Assembly (NCBI GenBank): GCA_038087875.1
Contig: CM075994.1
Span: forward strand, 2,172,001 to 2,236,000
Length of the DNA stretch: 64,000 nucleotides
Direction of reading: 5' to 3'
Source of the DNA: Malacoraja senta
Lineage: Eukaryota
The translations under genes and the position numbers were made by a program. Each line of letters starts with the position of its first letter. The stretch's first letter is position 1. The notes beneath the pieces are model-generated. The model did not search any database and was not told the DNA's origin. It saw only the letters and a list, made by a program, of their open reading frames with translations. Below are positions 48,391 through 61,139 of this stretch, piece after piece.

Positions 48391-51300
48391 ATGGGAGACA
48401 CCACACTGCTTTCTGGATCTGAGAAGCAAAAGATGCCAGGAATGCACCTTGAAGGCACTGTGACTGAAATGGTCTGGGTAGCTGTGCACTTCACTCTGGA
48501 GCATCGCAGTTCACCTGTTTAGTCTTGAAGTAAGAGGAAGAGCATGCTTCTCGGATGCATGCTTGGATGATTGCAGTTCAGAGAGCTTGCTGCTTTGTAG
48601 ACCTTTGCAGCAGATTACATGCTGCACCTTGCTTATCCGAATAACCCAGTAGAATAAGTTTATCTGTTGACTAGACTGCCTTATATTATGGTGTTTTTTT
48701 TTCTTGCATTAAAGAAATTTGCTTTCTCTGCAATTTTTAATAAGACTAGTAATACTTGAATAGTAAGGATTCTTGGCACCAGACTGAGAAGGTATGGTAT
48801 TAGTAGGTAGCTGGTGTTGTGTCAATACTTTTAAGCACTGGAAACTGCAATTTAGGGAGCTTATGAATTAAAACTATAAGACAGTCATTAAAACAATGTT
48901 TTGAGGCAGTTTGTTTTAATATTCATTGCTTTGAAATTAATATTTTGTGTTTTTGTTAAGCTATTTTAATGGTAACTATCAAAATCTAATTATTGAGTTG
49001 AACATATTGATACTTTGTCAGCAACTTTTAAACTTTTCAATTTTTTTATTTCTAGTGACAATGAGTTGCACATGTATCCTTAACAGCAGATTACTTTCCC
49101 AATGTCAAGCCACCCACCATTTTGGGGTAGATCTGTAAAGTAGGGGACCGAACACACCTAAACTTGTATGGTACTTTTACAGAATGTTGGACTGTAGTAA
49201 ACTTTTCTATAAATATTTTGGTTGTGTAGCTTGTTTTGTGAGGTTTGGTTTAGACAGTGATGCAGGTGTGGGGGTGAGGTGAGTTATTGTTACAAGCTGT
49301 AGTAATTGTTGTCTTAAGGTTAGGAAACCTCTAGAAGATGGTTAAAGTTTAATGCAATGTAAATTCATGAGTACTTTAAACTTAGTTTTGGAATATAACG
49401 GTAAGCCAACATGATGAGTTGAGATTCCAACACACATGTTTGAGAATACCAAGGTTTCTAAAAGCTGGGAATCAAGGATTTTGTTAGACTTATTCAACTT
49501 CACTTTTCCCCACCCATAATTGTATTTTATGTAGTGTCAACTGTTCCTTGGTTTATATAGACCTTTATAGCACAATAACAGGCTATTCAACCCAAGTTAC
49601 TGCCAGAGTTTATGCTCGACATAAGCTATTACCCTTCTTTCTCACTAGCCCCTGATAGAGTTTGTCCAACTTCTCCTGAAATGGATCACCGTTGAACCAT
49701 TCCATCCGTTGATGAGTTCCAACCTACCACCATTTTCAGAGCAAAAATGTTTCCCTGGAGTTCCTTTATAGTTTCCCCTGTGTCTCTGGGCCCCATTCTC
49801 TCTGTCCTCTGTTTTTAAAGACATCTGTCAGGTTTGTTATCACCTTTACTATTAAAGCAAAAATACTGCTTTATCCTTTTGTAACACAAATTATGCATGG
49901 CGGTCTAACCAAGGTTCTGCAATAGCTACGTACAACCACTCTGCTCTTGAATTTGGTTCCACCCAAATGAAGCCCTGTGCTGTGCTTGCACTTTTTAGTT
50001 ACTTTTAATAATTTGTAAACCTGCACCCAGACTATGCGGATTCTTTAAAGTTATCAAAATGATATGCCACATTTAACTACATTGGAATCAATTTTCCATT
50101 ACGTGTCTTGTCAGCAACACTATTGTCACCACTTTCCCCATGTTAGTAGCTCCTGACGTGATATTGTATACAAATTTTGATTTTGTCATTCCAATTTGTA
50201 AATCTAGATTGTTTATATAAAAGGTGATTAATGATGGCCCTAAGGATGATCCCTGTGGAACATCAATTCCCACTTTTGAGCAACTTGAGTTGCTTACTTG
50301 ACCTCTGATTTTGTAGGTAGTTCTACTTAATTAACTTAAGCAAGTGTAAACTAATTTACTTGTCACATGAGGAGAACTCTCCATTTATCACTTGTCCGGT
50401 TACAAATATCTTCCCCATTCTTCTTTCTCCCCCCACCTCCCCACCGTAATGATTTGTATAATTGTCTATTAGCTCGGAAAATTATTGTGAAACCTATTGT
50501 GAAGCTTTGGGTTGGTTTGTCGTTTGACTTCCAACACACCTTTACTGAAGTTTTAAGTGTAGGAACACTCATAGTTGTGCAAAGCTTATATATTATTTCC
50601 ACCAAAAAGAAATGTTTTGGGGGTGAAAGGTTGTACACTTAGCACTTTGTTACAGAAAGAATTTGTATTCGGCAACCTAGGAGAAACTGTAATGTGTTAA
50701 TAATCCTGGTGAACTTCAGTATTTTTGTTTCTCTATGCATTTGTTTGTTTATTTTGAACAGGCACTATCTTGACACTAAGAGGAGAAAAATAAAATATCA
50801 GCATTCACCATTGTCACATTATTAATGTTAATACATCCACAAAACACAATTTTTGGCTATTGTTTTGCAGAAGCAAGAAGTATTTCATGAGTAGGAAGGT
50901 ACTACAGATGCAGTTTAATACCAAAAATAGACACAAAATGCTGGAGTAACTTCAGAGCCTGAAGAAGAGTTCCATCATGAAATGTCACCTATTCCTTTTC
51001 TTCAGAGATGGTGCCTGTCCGGCTGAGTTACTTCAGCATTTTGTGTCTTTCTTAAGTAATTCATGAGGTTCTATCTTTGACATGGAGTGCAACCTAATTA
51101 ACAAATTACATGAGGACCAAAAACCCTCCATTTATTTAAACTTTGATTAAAGTGTAGGTCTGAGCATGTACTTTCTATCTGACAATGATGGAGCTACACA
51201 AAATCACCATTTTTTTTAGCTGTGAAGATAAGATTGTAATCTGCACTTGGTCATTTTGATTTGAATACAATTCATTGCTGTCCCTCAGTGAAAATCTCAA

Positions 51301-54300
51301 AGCAAGTCAACCACAAGGAGCCTTCTGGCTTTGTGAAAATAAAAAAACGCATTTGTTGGAAATCTGAGTGGAAAGCCGACTGAGGGAATCACTCTACAGG
51401 TCAGACAGGATCTGTGCAGAGAGAAAAAATGTTAATGTTTCAGATCAACAAGCTTTTGCTCTGGTGTTCAATGTGTTCTGCTTGATAGCGACAGAAAATA
51501 GGAGCAATAACCATAACTATTCCACCAACAGTGCGTATTGCAAAAAGTAGTGAACGGCGGTGTGACTTGAAGCAGCAATAAGAGGTGATGCTTCAACTTG
51601 CTCCTCGGTATTGTAACTCAATGCTGAGAGGTGTGAAAGCTCAGTTGCTGACTATATTCAAGACAGACAGCAATGTTTTTTTGGTACCATGGGTTGTGGG
51701 TTTAGTGCAGGGAAGTGAACCTGAGGTAAAAGAACAGCCATGATAGCACAGTAAGCAGGAGCAAGGGCTGAATGGCCTACTGATGTTGTTTCTTGTGTCC
51801 TCGAGATTACGATTCGAGAACATGTGTATCTGCTATACAGTAAAGAAAAAAATTATATTGATTAGTGCCACCACTATGTTCATGTTGAACTTTTTTTAAT
51901 ATAAGGATTTTCTCAACATTAAAATAGCTCAGTCTGACTGCGAGATGCCAAGGTGAAAATGACTGGAATATGGAGGGTGAAGTATTGCTTTACATTTGTA
52001 GAAATGTATCGCTTTACATTTAAAGACAAGCTAATCTTCCTTTAGTACTCGGTGTTGTCTGATACACAAGGTCATTATAATGGTGTTTCCTGCCAGAAAC
52101 TAGTTTTCAGGTGGAAATGTCTCCTTGACCTAACTTTATAATTGTCACTTATTGTAAAGTTATGCAGGTCTTCAGCATTTAGCAAAAATGGAAGTATATA
52201 TATTTTTAACAACCTTTTAGTATCAGATATCAGGATTCAAGGAACATAAACCTGCTATTTGTAGTTTAATGTGGTAATGTTGCTTTTTCTGGACGTAAAC
52301 ATCCACATTCAGCTTACACCAAAAAAAATCATGAGCATTAAGATATGCACCAGCATCTTGTAAGTCTTCGCTGGCATACCTGCTTCATTTACTGTGTTTC
52401 TTTCTGTATCTAGAAATATTCCAGAACAGGAAATATAGAATATAAATACTATATATCAATAAGATTTTACGTTGTTTCATTTAATTCAGTCTTTTACCCA
52501 AGAAAATGTATAAACCATTGATTCCAGGAAATAGCTTTTTATTAGATTATAACTTAGTCTTCAAAACAGCCCAAAATTTAGAATAGTGGTGGCATAACCA
52601 AAATTTAATTTAAGTGATTTTGAATAAGCTTTGGGTGGGAGGGGAGTTGGGGTGGCTACTGTGCAGAAACATATGTGCTGTAAATGAGAACGTGGGTTAA
52701 ATAAGTCAGTGACAGTCTTAAAATGCTGTCGAGTAGCTTTTTCAGCTAGATTTTTTAATTTAAGTTATGGGAAATTTGTTACCTTAAACTTAAAAGGTGC
52801 AATGAAAATAAAATATGTTACATTTGACGCACATCACTCACCTTTCATCCAGAACATCTGTAAAACTCAACCTGATGATTTGGAAAAATTTCCAAGCATT
52901 TATATAGAGTTCTACGTAAACCTGCAACCAGTGGTTTAAAGTTCAGTGAAATCATCATCAAAGTCCACACAGTTTTGTATGTGAAACCATAACTAGAGCA
53001 GTGAAATTTTAATATGATTATTTAAATAAAAAATAGAAGCATCTTCAGATACAGAAAAAGTGAGTGTTTTATAAGCTAAGTAATCGTGGGCTTACTCAAT
53101 GGGTGACTGTGGCTTGAATTGATTGTTCTTTTTAAAAATGTGTTGTTATTTCAGGGCTAGCACAAAGATTTTGAATTATGCACTAAAATGAATATCAGGA
53201 CAGTGCTGCTGGAACTTTTATATCTACTCTACAGTCTGTGCACATTTTCACACTAGGCTCAAGTTTTTGGACAATACAATGATTTGGATATCATGGGTCA
53301 AGTAATGCATTTTTTCCATGTTTTAAACAAAACGTTACACCTCCATCTTCAAGGTAAATTACATGTTCCTCGTGCTCATTGACACAGGATGCAATGACTG
53401 TGTTAGGACAGTAATGTAAAGGCCTGGCTGCAAAAAGCTAGTAAAACAGGTGGGGAATAAAACAGAAGTTGCTTTCAGGTGATACATGAAGATTATAAAG
53501 TTTGTGTTTTTCATTAGGTATAACAGCTAACATACCCTCTAGTGCTCCACTATTATCGAAACCTTTTTTCATCAATAAGTACATGGCTATTTAACCTCTT
53601 CGTTGTGACAAGAAATGTCTCGGCTCCAGTTATTCTGGATTTTAAAGCTATCAAATTCAACTTAACTTTTTAAACATGGGTATAAGTAAAAAAGATTTTC
53701 AGACATAACACGGCAACTTCAAAAAATATTTTGGGTAAGACCAAAATAAGTTAATTTAGTCGTTTGGCAAAAGTTTTTTGTTTGATGGTTTTAAATATGT
53801 TGATTGAGCCTAATGAAATGTTGGTTCTACATTGCATTGATGGGTTATTTTTTTCCTTTTACTTAGGTGTGCAATATCTTTAAGCTACTTTATTTTCTCA
53901 TGTATATACACAATGCATAACATTGTTATAAATAGGAACTTTAGTTTGCTTTGATGGTTTATGGAATTTTTTACATTATTGGTGGATTTTATAAACAGTT
54001 TCTGTATTTAATTATTTATAAAGAATGTTTATGTAACTAATGTTGGTTAGAAAATTTTGGGTATTCTTTAAATTTGTTATTGTTGATGCTTTGTTTAATA
54101 TTAGCATTAAGGGTTATGTGCTACAAAGGTATAGAATGCATTTGCATTCCTGGGGAAGATATTACTGGTAATGTTAGAATTGCACAGATTGGCTGTAATA
54201 TTTGTGTGGGTCTATTTGCTTCCTTTTGTCTTTTCAGTTTGTCTACCCTGTCCTCACTTTATTGTCCAGCCTTCCGACAGAGCAGTTTATTGCAGAATGA

Positions 54301-54950
54301 TGCCCTTTCACCTTTGCAACAAATCAGTTTCTTTGAGAATCTATTTATGACCATTAGATATTGATTGAGAAAGCATTTGGGACTTGGCTTTCACAGTGCA
54401 CTGTATGTGTAGCTTGTCATAAATTTAACTGTATATAAAACTGTGCAGGAAATTAAAATTACGAACCAGAATCGCCAAGTACTACACCTTAAAAGTTTTA
54501 CTTCAATTAATGTATTCATATATCATTTCCTGTTATGAGATTGCACCTGTGGACATAGAGGTTGATTCAAAAAGTGAAAGCTTGGCCCCTGCAGTACATT
54601 ACACCTGACTCAATGGGGTTGTCTGAAATCTACCCTGCACAGACCTGCTCCTGCTGTGGGCCTCCTTTGTACTAGTTTTATAAGGTACTGCATTAGCAGA
54701 TACAATAAACTGCCCTCGTGTTTTCTTTATTATATAAAAAAATAATAATTCTGTAAGTATTGAAATGTCTGATTGTGGCTTACGAATTAAAATTTGCAGA
54801 CTGGGGTGTAATTGTTTTCAATGCTGATTTTGTAAAAAAAACAACTAGTTGTATTTCATAAATCTTCTTTGTGCGCACGTTACATTTTTGTTATCTTCTC
54901 TTAAGGCCCTCTGTAAGGATCCAACAGATGAATAAATGGTGTGTTTCTAA
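48391..54950 (+). other. TULP4: Putative long 3'UTR of TULP4
   Basis: AT-rich and nearly free of the repeats that fill the introns. It ends in a cluster of poly(A) signals (AATAAA 54704, ATTAAA 54786, AATAAA 54931) with GT-rich downstream sequence, after which TE density rises again. Confidence 0.6.
54704..54936 (+). terminator. Candidate polyadenylation signal cluster
   Basis: AATAAA 54704-54709, ATTAAA 54786-54791 and AATAAA 54931-54936, each followed by G/T-rich sequence. Confidence 0.5.
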
Positions 54951-56010
54951 CCTGGTTGAATGCTCTTGTGTACAATACATCTATAATAATCAGTTCTTTC
55001 AGACCCGCTCTTAATCCACAATAATAATCAGAATGGGGAGCTATTAAAATCAGTGTACATCCTATTCTGTTAGAGTTTGGGGTTCATCGGGCCAGCCTTG
55101 GTTCAAATACTATTTTAGATGAAGGATCCTGCCCCAAAATGTTGACTGTCCATTCCCTTAGATGCTACCTGACCCACTGAGTTCCTCCAGCGGTTCTCCT
55201 TTCTTTGCTATTCTTCTGACACTTCCTTGATTGGATCTCTCGCACTCCATCTCCAAGACAAACTACCCACTGATGCCTACGGACTACTCTGCGTTGCATA
55301 GACTAGGCAACCATTTTGAACTGTCCACAATGGCCATCTTGATCTGGTTGCATGCCAATTCCCACATTGAGCTGTCTATCCTCTTCCTTCTCCACTGCCA
55401 GGATATGACCGAACATACTGGAAGAACAGCATCTCATATTCTATTTTCGGAGGAACTGAAGGAAATCCACATTAGGCAGGAAATGGTGTTGGGTACACTG
55501 ATGGGACTGAAGGCTGATAAATCAACAGGGCCTGATGGTCTGCATCCCAGGGTACTTAAGGAAATGGCTCTAGAAATCGTGGATGCATTGGTGATAATTT
55601 TCCAATGTTCTATAGACTCAGGATCAGTTCCTGTGGATTGGAGGGTAGCTAATGTTATCCCACTTTAAGAAAGGCGGGAGAGAGAAAACGGAATTATGGA
55701 CCAGTTAGCCTGACATCGGTGGTGGGAAAGATGCTGGAGTCAATTATAAAAGATGAAATAGCCGAACATTTGGATAGCAGTAACAGTAACAGGATCGGTC
55801 CGAGTCAGCATGGATTTACGAAGGGCAGTGTGAACTGAGGAGGATGCTATGAGAATGCAGGGTGACTTGGACAGGTAGGGGGAGTGGGCAGATGCATGGC
55901 AGATGAAGTTTAATGTGGATAAATGTGAGGTTATCCACTTTGGTATCAATAACAGGAAGGCAGATTACTATCTAATGGCGTCAAGTTGTGGAAAAGGGAA
56001 GTACAACGGG

Positions 56011-57112
56011 TCGTTGCAGCCTGAAGACTGCAACGACCAGGTTCAGGAATAGCCACTTCCCCACAGCCATCAGGCTATTAAACCTGGCTCGGACAAAACA
56101 CTGAACTTTATTAGCCAATTAACTGTTATTTGCACTTTATCAGTATATCGATTCATGTGTGTATATATTTATAGAATGGTATATGGACACCAGGGGCGGA
56201 AAACCCGGAGGGGGGGGGGGGGCAGAGGGGACACGTCCCCACCATGTTTTGAGAGGTGGGGGACAACCCCCCCAAGTTTTTGTGATCCGTATTTTAAAAC
56301 CCGGTGAAATCTCTGCTTTCCGCGTGACAGTGGGGGTGGGACTGAAGATCGAGGGCGCCGATTGGATGAGAGAGACGTCAGTCAGCAGGCAATGGGGGCG
56401 GGACATGATAATTCAGCGCGATGATTGGAGGAGGGAGGAGTGGGGGGGTGGGCCTGAGGATAGGGTGCGGTGATTGGAGGAGGGAGGAGGGGTGGGACTG
56501 AGGATAGAGTGTGGTGATTGGAGGAGGGAGACGTGGCACAGACCTGCGCTTCATTCGCAGGCTGGATCGATCCCGGCCGGGTCTCCGGCGCTGTCCTGTC
56601 CCCACCCGAGTACCCCCCTCCCACGGGTGGCCGGAGAGGTCGGCAGCAAAGATCCTCCACTATAGGATCTTTGGTCGGGAGTCAGACGGGCGCGGTGCCT
56701 CCAAGGCCCACAGCCAGCGCAGAGAAACAGCGCTAAACCCAGCTAACTCTGCCTGTCCCACCAGGTGAGCCTATAGCCTTCCTGGACGCGGGAAATATGG
56801 CCAGCGCGGAGAAGCAGCGCTGGTGTCCAGGCAGGGCTGTAGTTAACCCGGTGAGCCAGGCAGTGTTGAGCTGCATTTAGCGCTGGATTGAGCCTCCGAA
56901 GCCTCGCGTGTGAGTGTGAATATGCGCATGCGCGCCCAGCCAACAAAAAAATTGTGTCCCCCGTCCCCTCCATGTTTTGATAACGTGTTACATTCTTGAT
57001 GGACACACTGATCTGTTTTGTAGTCAATGCCTACTATGTTCTGTTGTGCTGAAGCAAAGCAAGAATTTCATTGTCCTATCAGGAACACATGACAATAAAC
57101 TCATTGAACTTG
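56011..57112 (+). mobile_element. Rex1-type 3' tail retroinsertion inside CR1 (itself split by a hAT MITE)
   Basis: ggttcaggaatagccacttccccacagccatcaggcta...gaatttcattgtcc...atgacaataaactc; CR1 gtacaacggg|atctggggg is restored on removal. Confidence 0.7.
56191..56998. mobile_element. hAT-type MITE, 808 bp, copy 2
   Basis: Starts CAGGGGCGGAAA; exact 8-bp TSD ATGGACAC (56183-56190, 56999-57006); reverse-complement homolog of 14079-14817. Confidence 0.9.
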
Positions 57113-57201
57113 ATCTGGGGGTCCTTGTACATCAGTCTATGAAAGTAAGCATGCAGGTTCAGCAGGTAGTGAAGAACGCGAATGGCATGTTGGCCTTTAT
57201 A

Positions 57202-58240
57202 TAGCAATGTTACAAAATTTTGAGATTTAAAAAATAAAGTCTGCAATTTATCCCATCAGATAAAGCATAAAAAGAAGTTTAATTTGACACCTAATTCACT
57301 TTCATATCTTCAGTATTAAAGAAGTTATGGCCATTTTCATACTCGGAAATTAGCATCTTGTTCCCTATTGCTTTTCCATTGACTTAACACAAAAGCTGTG
57401 ACCGAGGACAGTTAAAAGCCCATAACTTTCTTAAAAATTAAGATAACTGAAATAAATTTTCAGTTATTATAGATTGAAGCATTCTGAAACAAATATGAAA
57501 CAATCTTACTTAGAAGACATGAAAGTAAAGCATATAATTAGTTAGTTACCTAATTGTAGCTAATTACAAAATTCAATTACTAGATCTAAACATCTATCAA
57601 TTTCTTAAGAATAGATTAACATTTTTAAATAGCCTGTGTCCAAATAACATTCACACAATAATTCACAATATAACATAATTTTTAAATCTCATTTTCATGA
57701 ATTTACAGGCCAAATGGAAGGAATTGAATGTTTAATACCTTTAAATTAATGGGCATTTAAATCATCTTGTGAGTGAGGATTTCTGGAACGCGATCTTTTG
57801 GAACGTTCATTTGCGGTGAATTTAACCCCGTATTGGCATGAAAAATACTGCCGTTAGTTCGGGGAATAAAATCACCGTTTCGCATGAACAAATGTGAATT
57901 AAAGGGTTCTTAAGAAGCACTTTTATATATTTAAAGAAACCACTTTTGTTTACCTGTCCCGTGTGTGAAATCCGTCCCCGTTATCGGCGTTGACGCTTCA
58001 GGAGCTGCTTTTAAAATTACTCTAGCGCTGACATTGACGATTTAATAAAAATAAAAAATTCACAAAACGCCACTAGGAACGATTTTTCAGCAAAAGGTTG
58101 TACTCCAACGAAATATAATTCAGGACAAGGGAGGAGAAACCGCGTTTTAACCCCGCCCCCCCCTTAAAGGCGCCAAAATCGCGCACACGGCCAGTGACAG
58201 AATTACAGCGCGACTGAAGGTAAGTATTGTAACATACCTA
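57202..58240. mobile_element. Non-autonomous TIR DNA transposon, 1039 bp, TAG termini, 7-bp TSD (superfamily uncertain)
   Basis: TIRs TAGCAATGTTACAAAATTTT versus reverse complement TAGGTATGTTACAATACTTA; TSD CTTTATA (57195-57201, 58241-58247); the CR1 frame LAFI|IRGVE is restored on removal. Confidence 0.85.
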
Positions 58241-59875
58241 CTTTATAATAAGAGGAGTCGAGTATAGGAGCAAAGAGGTCCTTCTGCAGTTGTACAGATC
58301 CCTAGTGAGACCACACCTGGAGTATTGTGTGCAGTTTTGGTCCCCTAATTTGAGGAAGGACATTCTTGCTATTGAGGGAGTGCAGCGTAGGTTTACAAGG
58401 TTAATTCCCGGGATGGCGGGACTGTCATATGCTGAGAGAATGGAGCGGCTGGGCTTGTACACTCTGTAGCTTAGAAGGATGAGAGGGGATCTTATTGAAA
58501 CATATAAGATTGTTAAGGGTTTGGACACGCTAGAGGCAGGAAACATGTTCCCGATGTTGGGGGAGTCCAGAACCAGGGGCCACAGTTTAAGAATAAGGGG
58601 TAAGCCATTTAGAACGGAGATGAGGAAACACTTTTTCTCATAGAGAGTTGTGAGTCTGTGGAATTCTCTGCCACAGAGGGTGGTGGAGGCCGGTTCTCTG
58701 GATACTTTCAAGAGAGAGCTAGATAGGGCTCTTGAAGATAGCGGAGTCAGGGGATCTGGGGAGAAGGCAGGCACAGGTTACTGATTGTGGATGATCAGCC
58801 ATGATCACAATGAATGGCGGTGCTGACTCGAAGGGCCAAATGGCTGCCTCCTGCACCTATTTTCTATGTAAATAATCCCATAACAGTGCATCAGATCACA
58901 GCCTTAAATCACATGGTGGAGGTGATGGAAGTGGCAGCTTTGGAAGGTGCTGTTGGAGTAGCCCACGCAAGTGAGCGCAGTGCATTTTGATGTGTTGGTG
59001 ACTGCTTGTCTGAATGTGATCATTCCTTTGTGCTCCTAACTTGTGCATTTCAGACGGCAGAAAGACTGGTGATTCAGGTGGTGCACACATTGGAGCTCAT
59101 CCAAGCTGTGACCATAAGGTTGGAGGATTAGCTACCCATAAAGTAAGCTGCTTTGTCCTGCTGAGCTACTTAAATGTTATTTGATTGTGCAAGAAGGAAC
59201 TGCAGATGCTGGTTCTAAAGAAGAGTTCTGACCCAAAACATCACCTATTTTCTCCAGAGATGCTGCCTGATCTGCTGAGATACTCCAGTTAATGATTGAT
59301 TGAAAGAGATTGGAAACATTCCCACTGGCCAACTGAGTCCACGGCGACCATCAATCACCCAGGTAAGAGGATCACATTCCTTCAAGCTCCTAACATGAGT
59401 TTTGTGGATTGTGAAAAGGCTTAGCTGTGTCAAGAGATGAATATCTCACTGCAGCATACACTTAGTAGCCATGCTATGCATGTACAGAATGTTAGAGCCC
59501 ATGGAATCAAAGGCAACAGGACATAAAGCGCTGGAGTAACTCAGCAGGTCAGGCAGCACCCCTGGAGAACGTGGACAGGTGACATTTTGGGTGGAGACAC
59601 TTCTTCAGACTGATTATAGGGGGGAGAGAGAAGTAAGCTGGAAAAGGGGAGAGGCAGGACCTTTGTTACAAATTTGGGATCAAAGACAAGTTGAACCCAA
59701 AATTGGATCGATGATAGAAAATGGAGATTGACCAGTACACACTGTCTGATGAGGTGGTGGAGGCAGAAAAAGTCAACATTTAAAAGATTCTGGACAAGCA
59801 CCTGAATTGCCAAGGCATGGAATCGACAGACCCAGTGCTGGTAAATGGAAGAGTAGATAGGTACTTGATGATCAG

Positions 59876-60088
59876 TGTAGGTTGGTTATTGCATGTGAAC
59901 CAATCATAGGAGAATAGCATCACTAACCCCACCTTACTGTATGATTCATACTAACACCCACTTCCTACACTGGTCAGTCTTGGAAGCGGTAACGATGAAC
60001 TAACAACTAACAACCTGCTGTACCGCTATATATGAGTACCGATTAAAGATGATCTTGAACTCCAGATTGTACAGTTTGCTTATTTACA
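59876..60088 (+). repeat. 5' LTR (213 bp)
   Basis: TG...CA termini, TATATA and ATTAAA inside; 110 bp shared with 63451-63560 with 5 mismatches counted by eye. Confidence 0.88.
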
Positions 60089-60168
60089 TGGTGTCATTAA
60101 GCTTGGAGTAACCCACTGCGTCTGTTTATCAGTTGTTATTTCTGTTTATCAGTTTTTCTTGCTTCACT

Positions 60169-61011
60169 ATGGCTCAATCATGCAGAAAGCCTGCACAGCT
60201 TATCTTTGATTGTGACATCGGGGAACGATGGAGACTCTTTGAAATTGACTACGAACACTACATCAATATAGTCCACCGAAATGAACCAGACGCTGTCAAG
60301 GCTTCCCTCCTTCTGAACCTGGCGGGACCCGAAGCCATGATGAGAGCTCGGACCTTTGAATACGCACCAGCCGTCCATGACGACAACGAACAGGTAGTTG
60401 TGCCTGCTGAGTCTATGCGTGACCCTAATGTTTTACTGCGTAAATTCCGTGAACTATGCGACCTACCCTCGAACCACATTTTAGAAAGAGCCAAATTCTT
60501 TGCGAGACACCAGCTTCCTGACGAGCCGGTAGAAAGATTTATTTGTGATTTGAAATATATGGCTCAAAGATGTCGTTTTCAAATCATGATGAATGAGTTA
60601 ATTCGGGATAAACTTGTCAGTGGTATGGCTGATCAAAAGCTACGGACTGAGTTACTGCGGAATGCTGATTTAACCCTTGAGCAAGCAATACATGCCTGTC
60701 GAAAGTCTGAGATTGTTGTTCCATTAAGCGAACAACTTGACTCTGAGAAGAAGACCATAAATGTGACGGGTTTCAACAGACTACAAACACCGACCGATAA
60801 CAGAAGATTCATGACTGAGCCCTCTCACCCGGCTAACCGGGGATTCGCCAATGAGCCCCCTCGGGGAGATGCCCTAATTGTAACTACTTCCACGCAAGGA
60901 GCGATCTATCTGTCCGGCTTACGGAAAGCCTTGCAATTACTACAAAAAGATGAATCATTTCACTGTCGTTTGCAGAGCCCGTGGGAAAAGACCCTCCAGC
61001 TCAGCGTCTAA
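60169..61011 (+). pseudogene. Gypsy gag (frameshifted in the zinc-knuckle region)
   Basis: MAQSCRKP...ERAKFFARHQLPDEPVERFICDLK...LIRDKLVSG...LTLEQAI; CPNCNYFH and CPAYGKPCNYYKKMNHFTVVC knuckles lie in other frames. Confidence 0.85.
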
Positions 61012-61139
61012 TCTGCAACTAAACCAAACAATTCCTGATTCTCAAGACCAGCTCGACTCTGCCCACGAGGACGATCCAATTAACACATATGAGGAGTCAA
61101 CTGTGCATTCACTCCTTCACACAGCTGGTAAGATTCTGG

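Larger units (their letters stand above)
55447..58870 (+). mobile_element. CR1 LINE, internally deleted and interrupted by three nested insertions
   Basis: LKADKSTGPDGLHPRVLKE...DWRVANVIPL; jumps at about 55826; resumes at 57112 and 58241; ends ctgcacctattttctatg. Confidence 0.9.

Noticed and set aside
48388..48420. Stop-codon readthrough or selenocysteine recoding at the TGA
   Set aside because: No CUAG-type readthrough context or recognisable SECIS; the stop coincides with the conserved C-terminus (..TQRLK).
60133..61011. 292-aa gag ORF as a domesticated gene
   Set aside because: It lies within an LTR-bounded element, is frameshifted at the zinc knuckles and is followed by a broken pol.
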